DNA of 64,000 nucleotides from Neophaeotheca triangularis (lineage: Eukaryota). The position numbers and the translations under genes are program-made. Location of the stretch: contig BAAIJX010000008.1 of assembly GCA_054600435.1 (NCBI GenBank), positions 496,001 to 560,000 on the forward strand, in the 5' to 3' direction. Below the pieces are notes generated by a model, which had not been told where the DNA came from, did not search any database, and worked only from the letters and a program-made list of their open reading frames with translations. Each line of letters starts with the position of its first letter. The stretch's first letter is position 1. This document shows positions 1 to 10,586 of this stretch, one piece after another.

Positions 1-3000
1 GAAGAAAACAGATAGTAGGTATGAACTAATAGCTATAGACAGCTCATTACTACCTAACATAGATAGCGAAATAGTACCGCTACTACTTGTCTTCTAGAAG
101 TACTACAAGTATGTTATCTTAGATGTCGTGCCTATAGCTAGACATGACATCGTTCTAGGTATACCTTAGCTAGAGCGACATAATCCTATAGTAGATTAGA
201 GAAAACGAGTACTTATATTCGATAGGTATAGTTATATCACTACAACCTACCCTATATGCTAGTAGCGATCGACGGTAGATAAGAGAAGGTAGATTAACGA
301 AACATATCGTTAATCGACTATAATACTAATACGAATTAGATCAGACTCTATAGGTACCGAACTAGCCTAAATAGACTAATAAGTAAGAGTTGAGGAAGGA
401 AGTCATATACCTTTAGATATCCTTAGAGAATTTAGAAAATAGAAGCATCTTTTCTAGGAAGAGGAAGGAGTAGCTACTCTACCTAGACATTAACTATAGG
501 ACTACTGAATCAACATTTAGCCTAGTGCGAAAATACTATAGGGGCCACTTTACGCGCTATCTGAAAAAGAGCTCGAAGAGTAATGACGATAGCTAGATGA
601 AAAAATGAAGAAAGGATAGATTCGACTCTCCACTTTATTAGCTACTTCACTACTGTTTTTCGTTCTAAAGAAAGGAGGAAAATTATGAATAGTCATTGAT
701 TTCAGATGACTTAATGCGATTACTACAAAAAACCGTTATCTACTACCTAACATCGACGAGATAAGAGATCAACTCACCAGTTCACACTAGTTTATTAAAA
801 TTGATCTCCAAGATGCATTCTATTTAGTTAGAATAGTAAGGGGGGAAGAGTGGGAAACAGCTTTTCGAATGCGCTATAGACTTTATGAATTCTAGGTCAT
901 GTCTATAGAACTTATGAACGCCCTAGTAACCTATTAGTAACTTATTAACGACATCCTACGAGACCTACTCGATATTACTATTATCGCTTACATCGATAAC
1001 ATATTAGTCTTCATAAAAGGATCACGAGAACAACATACTAAGGACATACATGTAGTATTCGAACGACTCGATAAGGTAGACTTTAGAATAGTACTAGAGA
1101 AATACGAGTTCTATAAGAAGGAAGTCGACTTTCTAGACTTTATGATTAGTACTACTAGGATCTGAATAGACCTGAAGAAAACTCAATCGATTAAGGAATA
1201 GTCGACACCTAAGTTAGTTAAGGACATTTAAGCATTCCTTAGATTAGCTAACTATAATCGGAAATTCATGTAGGACTATTCAAGGCTCGCTATACCTCTA
1301 ACTAATCTCACGAAGAAGGACACACTATTTATATAGGGAAAGATTTAATAACAATCCTTTAATAAGCTTAAGGAGTTATATATAACTATCCCTATACTTA
1401 GGATGTTTAACCTTAAGAGACCTATCTAAATCGAAACTAATATATCTAATAGAGTAATAGGAGCTTACCTTATATAGGAAGTTGAAAGCAAATGACACCT
1501 TATCGCTTACTTCTTAAGGAAGATGTTACTAGCGGAATAGAACTACGAGATCTATGACAAAGAACTACTCGCAATTATTATAGTATTACGATACTAGAGA
1601 GTGTACTGTAAAGGAGTAACTAGACTAACTATTTACTCGGATCATAAGAACCTACAATATTTCATAACTACTAAGGAACTATTATGCTAACAATGTAGAT
1701 AGTTAGAGCTACTCGGACAATATAAGTTCGATATAGTCTACACTCCTAGAAAGGATAATAGGCACGCTAATATGCTAAGTAGAAGAAGCGACTACATAGA
1801 AGGACACCTTCTATAGTAACACTATATACTAAAAGTTAATAAGGATAGAAGCCTAAGCGCTAACCCTTAGGAATTTAACTTAGTACTACGAGTACTACGG
1901 GATAATACTAAAGAATTCCCTATCGAGTATAGGAAGTTTAGGGTTCTAAACGAAAGGGAACACTAGTGTATCTAGGACTACTATAATAGACCTACTAACA
2001 GACATCTAGGAATCGCTAGAATAGTAGAACACATTAGACATAACTTTGTGTTCCCTAGAATGAGACAGAAGGTCTCAGAATACATTAAGAAGTGTACAAG
2101 CTACTAACAAAACAAATCCTCGAGATATGCTAAATATAGAAACCTATAATTCTAAGAGCTACTAGATCTACTATAGAACGAGGTTATAATAGATTTTATC
2201 GTCAAGTTACTAAAATCTAGGGACCTGTTAATAAGTAAAGACTACGATTCAATTCTAGTCATGGTTAATAGACTTACGAAGTATTCACATTTCGTTCCCT
2301 ATAATGAGATAATCACTATAGAAGAACTCGGATACCTTATTCTCGACAGATTAGTACGATACTATAGCATTCCTATAGTTCTAATTACGGATAGAGATAA
2401 GCTCTTTACATTTAACTACTAGAAGACCTTAATTTTAGTAATTAGAGTAAAATATAAGCTATTAACAGCATTTTACCCTGAAACTAATAGACAAATAGAA
2501 CGCTTAAACTAATCCCTCAAAACATACTTACGACATTATGTTAATTACGCTTAGGACAATTAGGTAGTACTCTTACCTATAGTATAGCTTATACTTAATA
2601 ACAATGTCTCTAAGACAATAGACATAACTCCGTTCTACGCAAATTTCAGAAAAGACCCTAATATGTTTATAGAACTAAAGCTAGGACTACTCGTAGAAAG
2701 AGCCCTATAAATGTCTTTATAGCTATAGGAAGCATATAAGTAGGCGAAAGATAAAATTACATAGTCATAATAGCGACTCGAGTCATAAAGACATAAGGAC
2801 TCCAAAACGGCACCTTAGCTTAAGAAGGGGGATAAGGTATACCTACTCATGAAAAACCTGAAGATAAGGAGACGAACACGAAAACTAGACTATATCAAAG
2901 TCGGACTATTTCTAGTTAAAGAATAAAGAGGAAAAGTCAACTACCTCCTCTAACTCCTAAAAGATGCTAGAATCTACCTAGTCTTCTATATATCCTTACT

Positions 3001-3200
3001 CGAATTAGTAGACCCTAAAACACTAATCTAAGACACCTTTCACTATGATCTACTAGAGGAAGAAGCTAAGTATGAGGTCAAAAAGATTCTAGATAAGGAC
3101 GGTTAGAACTACCTTATGAAATAGAAAGGTTACTATATAAGCGAAAACACTTAGGAACCTAAGGACAACTTACTTAACTACTAGAAGGCCTTATAATAAT
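1..3200 (+). pseudogene. pol: Degenerate pol polyprotein (PR-RT-RH-IN-chromodomain), frame +2
   Basis: All motifs lie in one frame, with stops explainable as CAG/CAA/CGA/TGG mutated by C>T or G>A. The true stop position is ambiguous. Confidence 0.9.
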
Positions 3201-3773
3201 ATTGTTAGGACTGAAATCCTAAAGCTCGGAAGGAAGATCTAAGCCGTCGATAGCACTCTAGTCCTATGTCGATATCTCTAGAATACTAATAAAGCCTAGA
3301 CGCTATATAACCTCAACCCTAGTGTTAACTAGACTTAAGAGATCTTCCTCTAACTAATCTACTTGCTCTAAATCCTCTAACTCTCTAGACACTACGGTTT
3401 CCGTATGACCCTTAGTATAACGAAGCTGTTTCTATAACTACAACTTTTTCAAACGATGCTTGTATAGTTTTTATAAAAGCTCAAGCTCCTCCTCCTTATA
3501 CTCCTCTAACTACTATTATAGTTTATTATGTGAATCTCTCTATTTTTCCTACTTAGGATAACTAAGCTTTATATCACACTTAGTATACCCCTTATATATA
3601 CATTCTGAATACTGACTAGATTGAGCACTAATCACACATCATACTAGTTCGGCCGAAGGTGATTTCCTCGTAGATCGGTAGGCTAAATAGGGTACTATGT
3701 TAGTTGTTCTAGACTTCTCGATTTTAGCTAAAAGATTAAGACATTACTATTTATAGGATAGGGTAGAAGACAT
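3174..3773 (-). pseudogene. Fossil antisense ORF (~199 codons) of the retrotransposon: Zn2Cys6-like Cys cluster followed by a charged, coiled-coil-like region
   Basis: ATG at 3773 and TAA at 3174-3176, with no frameshift. Cys codons 46, 58 and 66 are still TGT; codons 29, 32 and 55 are TAT/TAC, i.e. RIP products of TGT/TGC. De-RIP reading: PCSAC...RCV......RCSECVRKG..KCD, then an E/K/L/Q-rich helix. Confidence 0.7.
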
Positions 3774-3857
3774 TGCGAAACTTAATGACAAAACGATGTA
3801 GGGAATGACGGAACTTTATTAGGCTTTAAGGACGAAGCTAGGCTGAAAGGGGGATAG

Positions 3858-4276
3858 TGTTATGGCTAAGCTAAGTAGAACTAGAATCCCTAGTCTAAGC
3901 TAGGATCTAACCCTAAAGCTTACTAGACACGTGATCTTAGAACTAGCTAAGATGTTTACTTAGACTTCAACTAAGTATACTCGCTTAGACTTAGACTAAG
4001 TCTAAGCTAGGATACTTAGGATTAGTCTAATCCTAAGTATGATAGATTAGTTAAGGACTAATCTAATATGAATCTCCTATATATATAGCTAGTAATATTT
4101 CCTAGGTAGAGATATATGTTCAACTCATGTTATAATCTTACTAAAAGGTCTATAGCGACACTTCATATATCTTTGAAATCCTTATAATAAAGGAAATACC
4201 CTTACTAGCCTTCTTCGATATCTCTCCTCTTCTACTATAAGCTCTACCTATAAGACTACCTTATAGGATCGTAACA
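3858..4276 (+). repeat. 3' LTR (~419 bp) of the Gypsy element
   Basis: Starts TGTTATG immediately after the PPT and ends CGTAACA (inverted termini TGTTA(C)G...CGTAACA). Contains a TATA-like CTATATATATAG at ~4077. Confidence 0.85.
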
Positions 4277-7200
4277 TACATCTATATCTAAGCCCTATAT
4301 TCAGGGATATAGGCTAAGTCCGATAGCTATTCGCTACCTAGCCCGGCTGTTTTCGTTAGCATTACTACAATCTAGCGAGCTTACTAACCTACTAACTCCT
4401 CCTAGACTAGAGACTCGGCTACGAACTCCTAGTAAAAAGAGAAGAAACACTATACGCGTATATAAGCTAGGGATCGTTACTCTTAAGGGTACGCCTCTGT
4501 CGCCGAGCTCGTTAACTAGGGCATGATCCTCTAAGACGAGACTGTCGAAGCCGCTACATAATGATATGTAGAGGGCAACTAACTCTTACTCGACTACGAG
4601 GCTTTAGTTAGCGCTAGTATAGAAGACTAGGAGACATATCCCGGCTTTCGCGCTATACGTGACTAAGTTATAGAAGAAGTCCCCGGTCTTAGCGATAACG
4701 ACATGCTCGACTATACTATATCTCTCCTTACCTAGTAAGAAGTAGGTTTGACTAACTACTTACTACCCTATATAGTTAGTAGCTAGCCTAGAGTACTATC
4801 TTACCTCGTAGAGCTCGACGAGGTTCAGATCATCGTCGAGCCCCTTAAACCTGAGTAGGCCTTAATCTTTCGCGCTTTTCCTAGACACTAGCTCGATACC
4901 CCTACCGAACGAGTAGCGATATAGAACTACGAAGACTTTATAACAGATAATAACGACTACCTAAAGCTATTACATACTTTAGTACTACTTAGAGACGTTA
5001 AACGTTTCCACTTCGTAGTTAACTATTTCACTACTATCTTATCTAATAGGCGTTTCTAAACTCACCTTAAGGTAGTCTCTATTAAGGAGCATGACGGTTA
5101 CCCTTATTTCACTATCCGAGCTATTAGTTTAGTAGTAAGAGATCTCTACTATCACATAACCCTTATCACTATAGTTATAGGAGGAGGACAACTAAACCCG
5201 TTCACTATGACCTATATTAGACCTAACGGTATAGAGTATAAGGGTAAGTTCTACTTACTCTACGATCCCACTACATATACATAAAGCGACCTACCTAAGT
5301 ATACCTATAAGACGGCTCTAAACCTAAGTGACACTTACTACTCTAAATTCTACTTCTACATTTATGCGCCCTTTAATAAACACAATATGCCTCTAGCGTA
5401 TACCGCCCTTAAAGACTACGATGTTTTAGACCTCCTAATTCTCTACTACTTTATGGGCGCACTCTCTATCGATTTCCTCTAGGAATACTACCTAGAGACC
5501 TTTTCCTAGAAGGGTTAGCTACTCCCTATATGCTATTAGCGAGGCCGACTAGGGATCCTCTAGGTATAGAGTAAAGATTAGAGGTATGCCTACATTTAGG
5601 GTATATATATACTCTATAAGAGTAGGTACCTTTTCGACTATCTCGACTACCTTAACGATAATAGGAAACGCATCTAGTTAGTAACTCTAGTTATAGCACT
5701 TACGCCTAGTAGCGGCTAGCTAACAACCCTAGCATGGCCTAACCTTCGTACAAATCATAGACTCTAACGAAGGATAAGAGAGTCTAGCTCTTTAACTATA
5801 ACGATGATCTACCTATTTGCTAGGACCTTATTAGGTAGCCCGAACATGTCGACGTCGACTACGTTAACACTGAGTTCCGCGACTATATAGATAGGTAGTA
5901 AGCGTTACTAGTAGGCTATACTAAGCGCGTCGTCCTAGACAGCGTAGTATAAGTATAGACCTAGTAGAAAAATAATGCCTCCTAAGCGTAGCCTTTTATA
6001 GAGGGAAGAGACGCTATTCTAGAGCTAGATAGGCTAGTCGATTTCTCGTAAGGTAATAGGTACCTAATGTAATGTTTCGCTTTTAACCTAGCCCTACCTC
6101 TAGGCTAGTAAGTCATGACGATAGCCCTAGTTACCTAGATGCCTCTATGCGCTATAACGCCTCGTACTATCGCTAGCTCCGAACTAGGCTTCTAGATACT
6201 ATAGCTAAACTCCCGGGTAAGCGTCAAATCGAGACGCTATATAGCATCTATAAATAAAGCATACTAGGTAGCTAATAGCGCCCGTACCCCCATTACCGTA
6301 ATAGGGTCAATATAAATTAATACCGTCCCTATTCCCTTTAGATATAGACCTAGCGCTATATAACCTTTATTAGCCCAAAACTAGGCGGCGAACCCCTTCG
6401 TGCGCTAGGAAGGATAACAACCTTAGCCATCTTAGGCCCTATAGACTTTCTATAGAGCGTAGTAAGTAGCGCTACCCGTCTAGACACCGTAGAACACCTT
6501 TAGTTTCTACCTACTACACGCTACTACAGTAAGCTCTAACATGTAACAACCGTATATCTAGGCACTAGGTCTCCCCTAGACGCTATAGGCCCCTAGATAG
6601 ACCCATTTCCTATAGTAGTATGTCTAATAATAGACTCATTTCCCGTAGTAGCATGTCTAATAATAGGCGTAATACCTATAGGTATAGTACGGGCTAGCAT
6701 CTTATACACTACAGCCCTAGTTCTAGCCCGCTTAGTCCTAGTATAGTCCCTAGGCGTAAACCCCCTAGACTATCTACTTCGAGTAGCTATTAATGTCAGG
6801 AGCGCTACCCTTTAGTACGCTACAACCTATACCGGTAGCCCCTTAGGCGTAGATTAACTACTAAATCACTAGGTATTTATAGAGCGCCTATAACGACATA
6901 GCCTAGTAGTATGCCTAGATGTAGCTAGACTCGATAGAGGCTTTTAACGCTATACGAGCCGCGCTATAGCGAATAGTATAGGTTAAAACTACTACCGAGT
7001 AAGGTATTAGGGGTAACATCATGATAGTAGAGTAGGTATACATATAGCACGGCCCTATTAACCTAGTATCTTTCCTAGACCCTCTATAAGATTAGGCCGA
7101 CTAGGTAGCTATATAGGACGAGGCCCCGGCTAACGATCCTTATCTAGACAGGCTCGTTATTAACTTCGCTAGCCTCTTTCCTACCCCCTAGCTAGACGTA

Positions 7201-7350
7201 GAGACTCTATACAACATTTATCCTCGCCGTAACCCGGCCTACGTAGTCCGTAAAACTTCAAATAGCGCTATACTATCTTCGCTCGCTAAGCGTAAGAGAT
7301 CTAGCCCTTAAGAAGGGGTTAGCTTACGGTAACTAGGGACCTAGCTCTAG
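4277..7350 (+). pseudogene. RIP-destroyed ~1000-codon gene of unknown family with a Gln/Pro-rich low-complexity region, interrupted at its 5' side by the Gypsy insertion
   Basis: Frame +2 (4277-5680) and frame +1 (5761-~7350) read as protein when TAG/TAA are restored to CAG/CAA. Putative intron 5681-5760 (GTAACT...CTAAC...CATAG). De-RIP examples: QAANPFVRQEGQQPQPSQAPQ, QTHFPQQHVQQ x2 (33-bp repeat, 6598-6663), and C-terminal AKRKRS. Confidence 0.7.
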
Positions 7351-7665
7351 TTATGTATACATATAGGGTTTTTGCTTTTTAAACAGATCGGGCTTCGCTA
7401 CTTACGACAAGACGTAGTCTAACCACTACTACAACCCGTTTCTCTCCTGTTTTCAGTTTTGTTTTACGAGCATTACGTCCTGTCGCTAGAACTAGTCCTT
7501 TTTCTAGCATTTACTTTACGAGCGTCGTATACTATCGCTAGAACCGGTCCTCTATTGTTTCTCCTCCTTATTACTTTCTATACATCTAGCGTTATATACT
7601 GTCGCTAGAACTAGCTGAGTTTTATTCTCTCTAGCGCTACTATAACGTCTACTACTACTTCCTAG

Positions 7666-8227
7666 TGTAACGGAGCCGCGTAAGCTAAGCTAAGACCTTA
7701 TATAGTATTGTCTACCTTTTCTACTAGACATAACTCCTAGTCCCTTAGACTACCCCTAGCTACCTAGACTATCTCTAGCTACCTAGACTTTCACTAGTCC
7801 GCGGTACTCTTAGTAAAGTCTACTAGACTCTCGGTAGTCTCCTAGACTTTTGGTAGTCGCCTAGACTTTCGGTAGTCTCCTAGACTCTTAGTAGTCCCCT
7901 AGACTTTCGATAGTCTCCTAGACTCTTAGTAGTCTCCTAGACTCTTAGTAGTCCCCTAGACTTTCTACATTTCCCTAGACTTTTAGTAGCGCCCTAGACT
8001 CCTAATAGTCCGCTAGACTCAGTCGCTTAGTTAAGGGTAGTAAGGACACTACCTAGTATAGGGGGGGGGGGACTTGTTATAGTAAGAGGCCTCTCCTCCT
8101 CTTTCCTAGCTAAGGAGGGCCTAGCTAGTAGGAGAGGGCCTATCTAGTAAGTACTACCTCCTTACTTGTTTACTACTTGTACCCTATAGCGTAGATAGAT
8201 TAGCTAGACCACTTTACTTCTATTACA
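7666..8227 (-). mobile_element. Probable solo/fragmentary LTR (~560 bp) of a second family, RIP-mutated
   Basis: Termini TGTAACGG and CTATTACA (de-RIP CCGTTACA, the exact inverse). TATA-like CTTATATAG near 7697-7705, an internal tandem array and a poly-G run at 8061-8071. No matching target-site duplication was found. Confidence 0.5.
7823..8020. repeat. 19-bp tandem repeat, ~10.4 copies (CTAGACTYTYRGTAGTCYC)
   Basis: Directly visible period-19 array; most units contain the GACT-N6-AGTC inverted pair. Confidence 0.95.
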
Positions 8228-8257
8228 CATTCTGACTAATTGTCTTAGAGCGTGTTA

Positions 8258-8675
8258 GGCCTCTCGAAATGTAGTGATAGCGGCCTCTTAAAATGTAGTA
8301 ATGGCCTCTTAAAATGCGATAATGTCTCGAAATGCGATAGCCTCTCAAAATATGACGACGGCCTCTTAAAATGTAGTAATAGCCTCTTAAAATACGATAA
8401 CGTCTCAAAATGCGATAGCCTCTTAAAATACGACGACAGCCTCTCGAAATGTAGTAATAGCGGCCTCTCAAAATGTAGTAACGGCCTCTTAAAATGCGAC
8501 AACGTCTCGAAATACGATGGCTTCTCGAAATGTAGTAATAGCGGCCTCTTAAAATGTAGCGACGGCCTCTCAAAATGCGGCGACGGCCTCTCGAAATGCG
8601 ATAGCCTCTCTAAATAACGGTAACCTCTTAAAATGCAATAGCGACCTCTTAGTATTACTATAACTTCTTAGAATA
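8258..8675. repeat. Minisatellite, ~19-21 units, mostly 18/21/24 bp, consensus CTCTCGAAATGCGGCGACGGC
   Basis: Repeated CTCT(C/T)(G/A)AAAT core; copies differ by RIP-type transitions and trinucleotide indels. Confidence 0.95.
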
Positions 8676-9395
8676 TGAGTAGGTAGTTTTAGAATAATAA
8701 ATACCTGTTTATTATAGTAGGATTGTAGGAGGGCTACCTACCTAATACTTAGGGATAGCTTTTGAAAAATGCTAAAAATGAGATTGTTGTTCTAACTATA
8801 ATATGTCTTCATGAAAGAACTCCGAACGACGTTATTGTTCTACCTACAAAATGTGTTATTATTCTAACTACAAAACATAAATCTATAAATCCGATTTTCA
8901 AGAATTGAGATTTCGAAATTCGCTGAAAATGACCCAAGGTAAGTACGGGCAACAGTCTCTACCCCTTGGCCGCCCTACCAACAATGGTAGAGCTTTGCGA
9001 GGTCGCCCAGTGATGAACAACCGACCACCTGGACAACGTTTTGAGACAGTAGCATGTTCGACCGCACTGGCTCTGCATGTCAGATACGGTCATCATGCCT
9101 GCGGAGGCTCCGCTCGCTATTGAAGGTCTACCGATTGGTCTCGCACATGGCTTAGTGCTCAACGAAGACGTCAAACAAGGTCAGGGACTCAGCTGGCAGC
9201 ACGTCGAATGGAGCGAAAAGAGCTAAACCGTAGCCGTCAAGAGAAAAACGGAAGCCGTGTTCCGGAGAGAGAAGACGGAGAGTAAAGCCAACGATTATGT
9301 ACACCGACGGCCGTAAAAACGTCGTCAACGGCATCGACAGCCACAGGAACTATTCTCATCTTGCAAGCCATAGCGTAGCGTACAGCCTTCCCAAA

Positions 9396-10252
9396 TCATT
9401 CAAAAATCGCCACGGCGCGAATCGGACTCCCACTCCCACCTCTAAACTTCAAAGGAAACCCAGCAAACCTAAACCTCCCCTTGCCCACAACCTGGTCTAT
9501 ACCGTCCAACCCCTCCATATGCGTGATACCGCGCTCGCCGCAAGCATTGTGAGCGAGGAAGTTCAACTCTCCTTCGGGGGCAGGGGACACGGCTCCGACG
9601 CCAAACATTTTGCAGCCCTTGTCGGCGAGCCAGTGCACGCTTTCGAGCGCCAGGCCGGGGAAGGCGTGTTGCCATTTGGGATCGTCGGGGTGGACGCGCC
9701 TGTTGTAGGCCATGTCCAGGAGAACGGTGTCGCCTTGTTTGATTTCCTGGCCGGAGGCTTTGAGGGCGGCTGGGGTGGTTGCGTTAGCACTCGTAGTTTT
9801 GGTTGAGGCCGGACCGCAATGGTCTGGTCAAGCGCTTTACCTTCCATTTCTTCTACCGTGATTGCTGCTCCCAGTTCTACATGGCTGAGATCCAGAGCAA
9901 TCGCCTCGGTGTAGAAGTTCTCCAGGGGTATTTGGTCGATACTCAAGGCCCCCGGTGTGGGGTCGAAATGCTTGGGAGCATCGACGTGGGTGCCAGCGTG
10001 ATCTGAGAATGAGACGGCGTACGAAGCCGATCGTAAGGTGGCATTGCCGGCGGTTTTCGGTTGGTGGGTGTCCCAAGGTGTGATTATTACGGGTGGGTGG
10101 AAAGGGTGGGCGAGGGATCGGTGGTAGAGCTCACGGGAGAGGTCGATGATTTGGGGTTTTCGTTGGGGTTGGGTGGCGAGATGGCGGGTATGTAGTATGC
10201 CTTGGCGTTGATGGGCATTCGAGGTGATGCGGGAGATGGTTGTCCGGAGCAT
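9396..10252 (-). CDS. Cyclase family (kynurenine formamidase KynB/isatin hydrolase-like) metal-dependent hydrolase with a probable mitochondrial presequence; 2 exons (intron 9770-9840)
   Basis: IIDLS...HAGTHVDAPKHF motif, GDTVLL, and a THMEGL...FPLKFRGGSGSPIRAVA C-terminus. The GT..CTAAC..CAG intron joins ORFs 9563-10282 and 9396-9713 in frame. Confidence 0.9.
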
Positions 10253-10586
10253 GGTGCTATGTCGAAGGTTCGGTTTCCGCAAAGAGCAAAGAGATCACAT
10301 CCGGTATCTTCTGTATCTTCACAGTTCGTTGCGAGACTCTATACAGCTGTGATGATCGACAGTCCTGCTGGTGCTGCGGGGCATTGGAGAAAGCGAAGGC
10401 GGGGTTCAAAATCGTCTTCATGGAACAAGAAACACATCCTCTTCCCGAACGAGAGGTTCGGACCATTCAACATCAATCGAGGTCATGTAAGTTTTCATGC
10501 AACATTCGCAGTTGCTTCTATAGATACTCTCAAGAAGTGATCCGCGATCAAGCCCGCACAACCGTCTCCTCCCTCCACAGCCTCTT

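Larger units (their letters stand above)
1..4276 (+). mobile_element. RIP-inactivated Ty3/Gypsy (chromovirus) LTR retrotransposon, 5'-truncated by the window edge
   Basis: Frame +2 retains recognisable pol motifs despite many TAG/TAA stops. Protease end HDIVLGIP*LERHNP at ~143; RT YIDNILVF (from YIDD) at 989; RNase H IETNISNRVIG (from IETDASD) at 1430; integrase zinc-finger region at ~1982-2110; IDFIVKL at 2189 and PETNRQIERLN at ~2477; chromodomain YEVKKILD...K*KGY..SENT*EP at 3071. A polypurine tract GAAAGGGGGATAG (3845-3857) is followed by an LTR. TpA excess and CpA/TpG depletion indicate RIP. Confidence 0.95.

Noticed and set aside
8061..8227. Poly-G followed by TGTTA as the PPT plus a short LTR
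   Set aside because: The better terminal match is 7666/8227, and no second copy or upstream pol supports a 150-bp LTR.
8223..8617. Three repetitive ORFs in the ORF track
   Set aside because: They are by-products of the 3n-unit minisatellite in RIP-mutated DNA; no evidence of a current gene.
7462..8675. Repeat arrays as CRISPR-like
   Set aside because: Eukaryotic context, tandem units without unique constant-length spacers, and no cas genes.
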